Shown here in pieces: positions 24,919 to 32,593 of a stretch of 64,000 bases of DNA. Within the stretch, counting starts at the first letter, position 1. Each line of letters begins with the position of its first letter. The notes beneath the pieces are model-generated. The model searched no databases. It was not told the origin of the DNA and saw only the letters and a program-made list of their open reading frames with translations. Origin of the DNA: an uncultured Phycisphaerales bacterium (GTDB lineage: Bacteria; Planctomycetota; Phycisphaerae; Sedimentisphaerales; Anaerobacaceae). The translations under genes were made by a program, and so were the position numbers. The DNA lies in contig CAVYYI010000001.1 of the NCBI GenBank assembly GCA_963772725.1, positions 96,001 to 160,000 of the forward strand, given 5' to 3'.

Positions 24919-26154
24919 TTATTTGTTTATGACATTTACCTTTACGTGAATAATCTGGCCGAATGTACCAAAGCCCTTTTGTGACATCTGAAATCTGTGT
25001 TCATACACTTGCTTGTCTTTTGGCGCAGTCATCTGGATATTGAATTTTGCTGTCTTGCCTGGAGCAACTTGATTCTGCATCTGCAAACCAGCGGCAACAT
25101 CCGCACCGACAGAATCATCAACCGCGGTAAGGAAGTAACCATCGGCGGCAGTCCAGCTTTTGGTTCCTTCATTGCGAAGAGTTGCTACAACTTCAAAAAC
25201 ATCGCCGGCTTTAACTTGCAAAGGGACATTGCAATCGACAATCTTTGAGGCATTTTTAATTAAATTAAGATGCGCCTTTTCGTAGAAAAAATTGTACAAG
25301 TCCGCAGATTCAAAAAACTCCGGTATGACCTCATGGCCCTTGCCGGGGACAACAATCAGCCGCATATTGCCTCCGAGTTTATCGTATCGCCTTTTTACCT
25401 CAGCGCTATTCTGTTCAAGAGGTACTGCCTTGTCAACATCGCCGCTAAGGTGCAGAATAGGGATATTTGCTTCTGCCAGCGGTGCTAACCTGTCAATGGG
25501 GTTGAACTTGGATAGATTAGCTGTAAGTTCTTCAACGGTCATATTGTAAACTTTAGCTGCATTGACCAGCTTGGGATAACTTCGTAAATCTCCGACAGGA
25601 TAAATCGCCCCGATGCTGCGAACCAGTTTGGGATTATCCGCCGCCCAGCTATAATGCATAAGCCCGCCCCTGCTTTGGTTAAAAAGATTTGCTTTGGGCT
25701 CCAGACCATAGTCGCACTTCATTAGGTAATTGTAAAAATCAGTGTACTTGGCCCTGCCGGCGTACTCGCCTCGGGATTCCCCGATATTAAATGCGGCAAT
25801 CGTCCAGCCCTGTCTGAGCAGATTATTAAAAATCCACCCGCGGTTTGTATGTGGATTGTTCCCGAGTTCAGGAGAAAACCAAAGCCATGGGCGTGAACCC
25901 TTTGGATAAAGCTCAACATCCGGCCTGATAATATAGCCATTACAGTCATTTACCTGCAGATGAATAATTGTTCCATTCCACAAAGGTTTGGCCTGCGAAA
26001 CAGAGACTACACTAATTATAAGCAGTAAAATCGCTGAAATTACGACAAATGACCCATTATTTTTTTTCATGTTATTGTCTTCCTTTCCAATCCTGGATTT
26101 CCCAGATAACATTGTGTATCTTTGCTCGGTTACGCCGCTGAATAACATTTTCAA
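24919..26154 (-). CDS. Secreted alpha/beta-hydrolase with C-terminal NBR1-like Ig domain (true start probably MKKNNG)
   Basis: Nucleophile elbow NQSRGG, GDVDKAVP, GKGH; C-terminal LRNEGTKSW...VAPGKTAKF. Confidence 0.7.
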   Translation of the reverse strand: MKMLFSGVTEQRYTMLSGKSRIGKEDNNMKKNNGSFVVISAILLLIISVVSVSQAKPLWNGTIIHLQVNDCNGYIIRPDVELYPKGSRPWLWFSPELGNNPHTNRGWIFNNLLRQGWTIAAFNIGESRGEYAGRAKYTDFYNYLMKCDYGLEPKANLFNQSRGGLMHYSWAADNPKLVRSIGAIYPVGDLRSYPKLVNAAKVYNMTVEELTANLSKFNPIDRLAPLAEANIPILHLSGDVDKAVPLEQNSAEVKRRYDKLGGNMRLIVVPGKGHEVIPEFFESADLYNFFYEKAHLNLIKNASKIVDCNVPLQVKAGDVFEVVATLRNEGTKSWTAADGYFLTAVDDSVGADVAAGLQMQNQVAPGKTAKFNIQMTAPKDKQVYEHRFQMSQKGFGTFGQIIHVKVNVINK

Positions 26155-26278
26155 TAGAATATCAAACCTATCTCAAAAAATCAATATTTTTTTAAAAAGT
26201 TTGTAAGCGTTGTCCCTAACGAAAATTAAATCTGCAGCTTAGCGTGAAAAATTTGTTACGTTCTTTAAAAATTTATAA

Positions 26279-27305
26279 ACCTGAACTTTGGATAAGGATA
26301 TAGAAAAACGGCCTGTCTGCCGAAGGAAATAATATTGTTGTCACTAAAATATTATTGACCCTTAGGCAAAGGAGGCCGTCAAATGTTGGATTTTACCACA
26401 TTATTTGTAGATGTCGATGATTGTTGGAAAGTTTTTCAAAAAATTTATAATAAACACCTGCTTGATGATGGAACTATCCGGCGTAACAGGGATTGCAACT
26501 TAAGTATCAGTGAGATTATGACTATTATAATTGGCTTCTATAATTGGCTTCCAAACAAGCGGTTTTCGTACTTTTAAGGCATACTATCAGTATGTTCTCA
26601 AGCATCACAGATGCGATTTCCCCGATTTGGTCAGCTATGATAGATTTGTTTATCTTATTCCCAGGTCAGTTATTCCGATGTTTGTCTATTTACAGAGTTG
26701 CGGCATTGATAAACCGACAGGCATCTCTTTTATTGACAGTACATCTCTTAAAGTCTGTCATAACAAGCGAATCTGCCGTCACCGCGTTTTTGACGGTTTG
26801 GCTGCAATCGGGAAGACCACAATGGGATGGTTTTATGGCTTTAAGCTTCACCTTATAATAAATGAGTGCGGCGGATTATTGTCTTATCGGCTGACTGCTG
26901 GTAATGTTGCTGACAGCCGGATGGCAGAGCCTATGACAAAGGGTTTGTTTGGAAAGCTCTTTGGAGACAAGGGTTATATAGGCAAAGGCCTGTTTGAAAA
27001 GCTGCTGAGCAAAGGCGTCAAATTGATAACCAATGTTCGTAAGAATATGAAATCCTGCCTGATGGAATTGGAGGATAAGATTTTGTTGAGAAAACGTTCA
27101 CTGATTGAAACCGTAAATGATACGCTGAAAAATGTTTGCCAGATTGAGCATTCTCGGCATCGCAGCCCGATTAATTTTCTGGCACATTTGATAGCCGGTC
27201 TTGTAGCCTATACAAGATTGCCGAAAAAACCTTCGCTAAAAATAGAAAGTATCAAATATCAGTCAGGAAAAAGTGTTTATCTCATTGCTTAAACAAAGTT
27301 CAGGT
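26279..27305 (+). mobile_element. IS982-family element; transposase 26383..27292 frameshifted by a 13-bp duplication
   Basis: IRs acctgaactttg / caaagttcaggt; IS982 motifs; tataattggcttc duplicated at 26526-26551. Confidence 0.9.
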
Positions 27306-27989
27306 TAAAAAGACTATTTCCGGAAATAATCGATACAATCGTTAAAGTTTGCCTAAATTACGCGCAAAAATGAGCATTTTCTTCGCATTTTTTGAAGAAT
27401 TTTGAACAATTTTTAAGAAAAATGCACGCGATTTGAGCATTTTTTAACACTTTTTGAAAGAATGCGTTTTCGGCGGAAAGGAGCAAATGTTAAGATAGGT
27501 AAAGTTCGTCGTTCGTCGCTCGTCGCTGGTCGCTCGAGTTTTAAAAGAAGTCCAGGAGCCGGAAGCCAGAATGGAAGGAACGGTATTGCGTCGTGCGGGG
27601 TGCGTATTGCGTATGAAAGCAAAAGGCAACCACGAAGACTCTAAGGCACAAAGAAAATAATGGCCACAAAAAAGCACAAGAAAAATTTTCGATTTGCGAA
27701 TTCCGATTTACGATTTATTTTAACCACGAATTACCACGAATGAACACAAGAAAACACGAAGAATATTTTATCCGCAGATTCACACAGATAAACGCAGATT
27801 ATTTTGACCACGAAGAATTTTCACCGCTGCGCAGTTTTATCCTTAAAGCAATTGAAGAACTTAGATAGGCTTATTCCAAAGACCTCTGCCTTGTCCGCAG
27901 AATCCCGACAAGAACGGGCATCTTTATAAGCCGGACAAATAACACGGGTTTTTTCGATTGCCGATTTTATGATTATAAGATGAAAAGGC

Positions 27990-28018
27990 TTGACAATTTG
28001 ATTGGTTGGCCGCAGAAT
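27990..28018 (+). promoter_or_regulatory. Putative sigma70 promoter for the four-helix-bundle/cas12f unit
   Basis: TTGACA - 17 bp - CAGAAT. Confidence 0.5.
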
Positions 28019-28048
28019 GGCGGGGCGAAGATTAATGAATAATGAATA

Positions 28049-28414
28049 GTGAATAATAGGGAAAATATTCTGCATGATAAAAGTTATGCCTTTGCATTGA
28101 AGGTTGTGCAAATGTATAAAGAAATTGTTGAACAGAAAAAAGAATATGTTTTAAGCAAACAGATTTTACGTTCAGGAACAGCAATAGGCGCGATGGTACG
28201 GGAATCTGAATATGCCCAGTCTAAGGCTGATTTTGTAAACAAGCTGAGTGTCGGCTTGAAAGAAGCTAATGAAACAGACTATTGGCTGTCATTGATGCTT
28301 GAGAGCAAATATATTTCTCGGGGGCAATACGATAAAGTATCCTCTTTATGCATAGAACTAATAAAAATCATAACGGCAAGTATCAATACGGCAAAAAGAA
28401 TGAATAATGAATAA
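28049..28414 (+). CDS. Four helix bundle protein (23S rRNA IVP / bAvd-like family)
   Basis: KSYAFA...LSKQILRSGTAIGAMVRE...QSKADFVNKLSVGLKEANETDYWL signature. Confidence 0.85.
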   Translation: MNNRENILHDKSYAFALKVVQMYKEIVEQKKEYVLSKQILRSGTAIGAMVRESEYAQSKADFVNKLSVGLKEANETDYWLSLMLESKYISRGQYDKVSSLCIELIKIITASINTAKRMNNE

Positions 28415-28462
28415 TAGCGGGAATTATTTTGTGGTGGATTTAAGGATATTTGGGGAATAAAA

Positions 28463-29902
28463 ATGACGGAGCAACAAGTGACCGACAAAGAACCGAGACT
28501 TCAAAAGGTCGCTACATTTCAAATTATTAAACCTTTAAACATGCAATGGTCCGAATTCGGAAAAATGATTCGAGATGTTCGTTACAGATACTGGCGTTTG
28601 GCTAATATGGCATTGTGCGAAAATTACATGAGATTCTACCAGTTTCGCACCGGACAAACCAATTCAACCGAAAATCATAAGGTCAAAATAATTAACAGGA
28701 ATTTGCGCAAGGCGATTTTAGAAGAAAAAAATGCCGATGAAAAAGACCTATTGCGATATTCACGTGACGGAGCTGTTTCAGGTTACATCTGCGGCGCATT
28801 TGAGAAAATGAAATTAAACGCCGTAAAAAGCCCATCAAAATGGAGAGAAATAGTAAGGGGCATATCTTCTCTGCCCGTTTTCAAAAAAGATTTAGCAATA
28901 CCTATAAACTGCAGCAGTAACAAACCAAGTATAATAGAAAAAACTGAGTCAGGAGAATTTGAGGTAGATTTAAGGATTTGCCAGCAGCCATATCCGCGAA
29001 TTTTATTATCGACGGCAAAAATAAGCGGGGGAGAAAGAGCAATACTGGAAAGGCTTGTTTCCAATAAGACAAATAGTTTGCCGGGTTATCGGCATCGCTT
29101 TTTTGAGGTAAAGGAAAAAAGGGGTAAATGGTATCTTCATGTCTGTTATGATTTCCCGAGGGCAGAAACGGGAAAACTTCATTCTGATATAATTATCGGC
29201 GTAGATTTGGGGTGGTCAGTGCCTTTATATGCGGCAATAAATAACGGCAAAGCAAGAATCGGATACAAAAAATTAAAGGCTTTGGGGGAAAATATCAAGG
29301 CACTGCAAAGACAAACAATGGCAAGAAGGCGATCAATTCAGAATACAGGTGTGCAGGATATAGCTGGTTCAACCGCGCGTTCGGGGCATGGACGCAACCG
29401 CATTTTGCAGCCGATAGAAAAATTAGAGGGGAAAATAGATAATGCCTATACGACATTAAATCACCAGCTTTCGCGATGTGTAATTGAATTTGCTAAAAGT
29501 CACGGAGCAGGCGTAATACAGATTGAAAATTTAAAGGGCTTAAAAGACGCATTAGCAGGGACTTTCCTCGGTATGAACTGGCGGAGGGAACAGCTACAGA
29601 ATTATATCAAGTACAAGGCAAAAGAAGCGGGAATAGAAGTAAAGGAAGTAAATCCTTTTTATACTTCTCGAAGGTGCAGCCAATGCGGTTTTATTCATAA
29701 AGATTTTAATTTTGAATACAGACAGGCCAACAGGAAAAATGGCAAATCGGCAATGTTTGTTTGTGTAAATCCGGAATGCAAATATGAAGAAAACGCGGAT
29801 TACAATGCCGCCAGAAACCTTGCAACAGCCGATATTGAGGAAGAAATTCGCTTGCAATGCAAATCTCAAGGGATAGAATACAGAGAGTTCGATAAAGACT
29901 GA
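28463..29902 (+). CDS. cas12f: Compact type V CRISPR effector, Cas12f1-like (TnpB-derived RuvC nuclease), 479 aa
   Basis: RuvC-I IGVDLG, RuvC-II IQIENL, Zn finger CSQC...CVNPEC, RuvC-III NADYNAARNL. IIKPLNMQWSEFG, KWYLHVCYDF and ARSGHGR..LQPIEKL blocks resemble AsCas12f1 as I recall it. Adjacent CRISPR array. Confidence 0.88.
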   Translation: MTEQQVTDKEPRLQKVATFQIIKPLNMQWSEFGKMIRDVRYRYWRLANMALCENYMRFYQFRTGQTNSTENHKVKIINRNLRKAILEEKNADEKDLLRYSRDGAVSGYICGAFEKMKLNAVKSPSKWREIVRGISSLPVFKKDLAIPINCSSNKPSIIEKTESGEFEVDLRICQQPYPRILLSTAKISGGERAILERLVSNKTNSLPGYRHRFFEVKEKRGKWYLHVCYDFPRAETGKLHSDIIIGVDLGWSVPLYAAINNGKARIGYKKLKALGENIKALQRQTMARRRSIQNTGVQDIAGSTARSGHGRNRILQPIEKLEGKIDNAYTTLNHQLSRCVIEFAKSHGAGVIQIENLKGLKDALAGTFLGMNWRREQLQNYIKYKAKEAGIEVKEVNPFYTSRRCSQCGFIHKDFNFEYRQANRKNGKSAMFVCVNPECKYEENADYNAARNLATADIEEEIRLQCKSQGIEYREFDKD

Positions 29903-29934
29903 TTTTTAAAACAGTTCTTTGAAATAAGAATATT

Positions 29935-30131
29935 AAGACTGCCGGTTAACGTTACGATAGCCTACGGGCAATTGCGGGCGCGGCAGCTTAGGCCGACTCG
30001 AACGGCCTGAAAGTTGAGAAGGCACAGATAAGAGAAAACTTGTTTTCCAATGTGTTCGCTCACTAATACACGCAGTTTTTTAAGGATAGAATCCTTATAA
30101 AGGAATTGTTACAAAGAAGTTATAAATACAC
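29935..30131 (+). ncRNA. Putative tracrRNA/scaffold for Cas12f (boundaries approximate)
   Basis: Stems ctgccg/cggcag (29939-29986), aggccg-actcgaa-cggcct (29990-30008) and taaggat/atcctta (30081-30097); imperfect anti-repeat at 30105-30131. Confidence 0.7.
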
Positions 30132-30299
30132 GGTGTAAATGACAGTCTTTTGCGATGTACTTCGAGGAGCTAAGGCATTGTTTGAGACAATCAGATTGGT
30201 GTAAATGACAGTCTTTTGCGATGTACTTCGAGGTTCGATGCGAGCCTTTGATTGTTTAATTGTGGTGTAAATGACAGTCTTTTGCGATGTACTTTAATG
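30132..30299 (+). CRISPR. Mini CRISPR array: 36-nt repeat GGTGTAAATGACAGTCTTTTGCGATGTACTTCGAGG, two 30-nt spacers, degenerate terminal repeat
   Basis: Identical repeats at 30132-30167 and 30198-30233; the third, from 30264, matches 31 nt then diverges. Spacers: agctaaggcattgtttgagacaatcagatt and ttcgatgcgagcctttgattgtttaattgt. Confidence 0.9.
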
Positions 30300-30330
30300 G
30301 ACATAAAATTTGTATTAACTGGGGCTATTT

Positions 30331-30540
30331 TTGACAGACGTAAATGCTTTAAATATATATACTGATGGTTCATTTTATTCATCTCCAAGACGTGGGGGTA
30401 TTGGAATAAGATTTGTATATCCAGAGTTTATGAATAAAGAGGAAGAGGACTTTGATTGTGAGGGATATATCTGCCTCAGAAAATATGGAAATATAAATAT
30501 AAGGTTATGTCACATGAAAGCCCTTACTATGAAAATATAG
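30331..30540 (+). pseudogene. RNase HI-like N-terminal fragment
   Basis: LNIYTDGS...RRGGIGI motif, then no TNNxxE motif or downstream RNase H elements; AT-rich. Confidence 0.5.
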
Positions 30541-30679
30541 ATATAATCTATTATAAAGGATTGTTGCGAGTCGGACATACATATTGGTTAGTTTAAATAA
30601 GAATGATAAATATCCTCAAATATCATGTGTCCATAATGAAATAGAAAATAAAGATTCGGTTATAATTTGAAACAAAATC

Positions 30680-31373
30680 CCGTGGCCACAGGTGCCACGG
30701 CTAATCCGAGGGAGAAGGGGGCATCGGAAAAAGAATACTTGCAAATTTGGGCGGTATGAAATTGAACAGTTGAGAGAAAAACACTTTTAAAGGCCCCAGC
30801 CACAGGTGCTGGGGCTAATCCATTCAAGAACTTAATATTGATGATTTTCAATATATTTAAATCTGGCTGCAAACTCTTCTTCGGAAAAACAAAACCTTAT
30901 ATCATACCCTTTGGTCCAAAGACGTCCTTCGCGGCCATTCTGCCAGAGAGCGCGAGTAGTTATACTTTTATAACGGCTCGCAAGTTTCTCGATAAATTCT
31001 TTATGTGGCCGTGCAAGCAAATGGATATGATTTGAATAAACCGTTAACGCTTCGATAATGTGTTTAATTTTTTCCGCTTCAGCGAGAATAGTTTGTTTGA
31101 CAACTTTCTTTTCCTGCGCAGTCAACTTAACAATGGGCGTTTTTTGTCTATTGCGGTTTCTTTCCAGAAGTTTACCGTCGCCTTGAAGAATCTTGCCTCT
31201 ATCGACATATCCTCTCTCGTCGCCCGGCAGCCAACTTCCATAAGTTGTCCACGTCAACATATACCCGACAATTTCTGACATAAATAAAATAGTAATATTT
31301 CAAGAATCAATTGGCAATTGTTTTTTCCTTTTGATTCCGTTTTCGATTAGCCCCAGCACCTGTGGCTGGGGCC
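30680..31373. repeat. Three REP-like palindromes around the RAYT gene (30680-30706, 30792-30820, 31345-31373)
   Basis: gccccagc-cacaggt-gctggggc-taatc and its exact reverse complement; variant ccgtggc-cacaggt-gccacgg-ctaatc. Confidence 0.8.
30832..31281 (-). CDS. REP-associated tyrosine (Y1/HUH) transposase, RAYT/TnpA-like
   Basis: YMLTWTTYGSWLPGD, HUH motif NHIHLL, LWTKGY, C-terminal YIEN; flanked by inverted REPs. Confidence 0.8.
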   Translation of the reverse strand: MSEIVGYMLTWTTYGSWLPGDERGYVDRGKILQGDGKLLERNRNRQKTPIVKLTAQEKKVVKQTILAEAEKIKHIIEALTVYSNHIHLLARPHKEFIEKLASRYKSITTRALWQNGREGRLWTKGYDIRFCFSEEEFAARFKYIENHQY

Positions 31374-31379
31374 GACCGA

Positions 31380-31530
31380 ACCACCCAAAAAGAGCAGAAA
31401 AAGCATGATGAAAATCGCGATGCTTATCTAATGTCAGTGGGATTAAAAGTTTTGAGGTTCAGGAATGAAGATTTTTTAGCAAATCCGGAGGATATTCTTG
31501 AGCGTATAGGCAAGGCAGTAAAAGTTTATC
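31380..31530 (+). pseudogene. DUF559-like endonuclease C-terminal fragment
   Basis: HDENRDAYLMSVGLKVLRFRNEDF; N-terminus missing, starts at the REP. Confidence 0.5.
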
Positions 31531-32407
31531 CCTGGAGGAGGCTGAAGACGGTGATTTCGGGTCTTGTGTTGAAGAACATTTTGCCGACTCGGCCGAGGCC
31601 CCGGTTTACGTAAAGCTGTTTATCTCCGACGTGGTACATGCCTGAATAATACTCGCGGCGTTTGCTGGCAGATTTTTTGCGGCGGTTGCTCCATTCGGTG
31701 GGTATGCCGTGTGTATGGCCTGACATAACGGCGCGGGTGGAAAAGCCGTCGAGATAATCTATGGAATCGGGGTTGTGAGCCAAAGTGATAACGGGTTCTT
31801 TTTTGCCGATTCCGGCAAAGGCCTTTTGCGGTTCGAAATCGTCGGCCCATAAATCGCCGAGTCCAACGAGCCATAATTCGCGGTCGCCGATTTGTACTGC
31901 TTTGGATTCGTTGCGAAGGATAGTTATGCCCTGACTTTGCATACCTTCAACCATTCGCGGCAAAGCGTCCTGCCGTTTGGAACCCAGGACGCCTCCGAGG
32001 CCGTAATCGTGGTTTCCGAGGCAGGCGTAGATGCCTAAATTGCTTTGAATACCGCCCATGAGGTCAACAATTCTTTTTTTAAAACGGCCATAGTAGTCGC
32101 AGGTGGTGTAATCACCCGTAAGGAGGACAATGTCGGCTTTGAGGCGGTTGATTCTGCCGATACAGTTTCGGAGGTATTTTGCGCTGACAGTTCTGCTGCA
32201 ATGAAGGTCGCTGATATGGATTATGCGTTTGCCGACGAACTGGGCAGGGAGGTTCTTGAGGTAAAGCGGCCTTTCGACGACCTCTATCCATTCTTTGCCT
32301 TTGCCGCGGACGTCAACCGCCCAAGACGTACAAAAACCCATTTTCCCGAATAATGTGCCTTTGATATGCCGTGTGCGTTTTTTACGTAATGCACTTTGTC
32401 TGTTCAT
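31526..32407 (-). CDS. Calcineurin-like metallophosphoesterase (YkuE/YaeI type)
   Basis: SDLH, LTGDY, LGNHD, AHNPD, SGHTH motifs. Confidence 0.85.
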   Translation of the reverse strand: MNRQSALRKKRTRHIKGTLFGKMGFCTSWAVDVRGKGKEWIEVVERPLYLKNLPAQFVGKRIIHISDLHCSRTVSAKYLRNCIGRINRLKADIVLLTGDYTTCDYYGRFKKRIVDLMGGIQSNLGIYACLGNHDYGLGGVLGSKRQDALPRMVEGMQSQGITILRNESKAVQIGDRELWLVGLGDLWADDFEPQKAFAGIGKKEPVITLAHNPDSIDYLDGFSTRAVMSGHTHGIPTEWSNRRKKSASKRREYYSGMYHVGDKQLYVNRGLGRVGKMFFNTRPEITVFSLLQG

Positions 32408-32419
32408 GTTAATTCTAGG

Positions 32420-32449
32420 ATTGTACGATTTTATAGCTGTATTTGTCAA
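32420..32449 (-). promoter_or_regulatory. Putative sigma70 promoter of the metallophosphoesterase (very short leader)
   Basis: Minus strand TTGACA - 18 bp - TACAAT, 12 nt before the ATG at 32407. Confidence 0.45.
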
Positions 32450-32593
32450 GAGAAAGTTGTTTTTTTTTGTGGTTTTATTACACGGCGGGGCTGAACGCCA
32501 AATTTGCGATTTTTTCATTTTCTTGCAGAATAGGCAGGTTTATTATAGAATGATTGCGGCTTTTGGGCAGATTTATAATAAAAGGACGAGGCA

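Noticed and set aside
27992..28006. gacaatttgattggt in the promoter resembles the spacer 1 end plus repeat start (gacaatcagattggt); possible autoregulation
   Set aside because: Short, in the PAM-distal part and partly repeat-derived. No convincing seed match for either spacer was seen by eye; an exhaustive search was not possible.
28049..28414. Diversity-generating retroelement (Avd-like gene)
   Set aside because: No reverse transcriptase and no TR/VR pair with adenine-specific differences seen in the window
28463..29902. Ordinary IS605 TnpB, or a nuclease-dead Cas12k/Cas12m/TldR-type protein
   Set aside because: A true repeat-spacer array follows, all RuvC residues are present, and there are no tns genes
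29935..29950. aagactg as the anti-repeat
   Set aside because: Only 7 bp, and it overlaps the ctgccg/cggcag stem; 30105-30131 fits better
30132..30263. 29-31-nt repeat with longer spacers that share a ttcgagg 5' seed
   Set aside because: A 36-nt repeat with a degenerate last copy is simpler and is supported by the complementary CTCGAA loop in the scaffold
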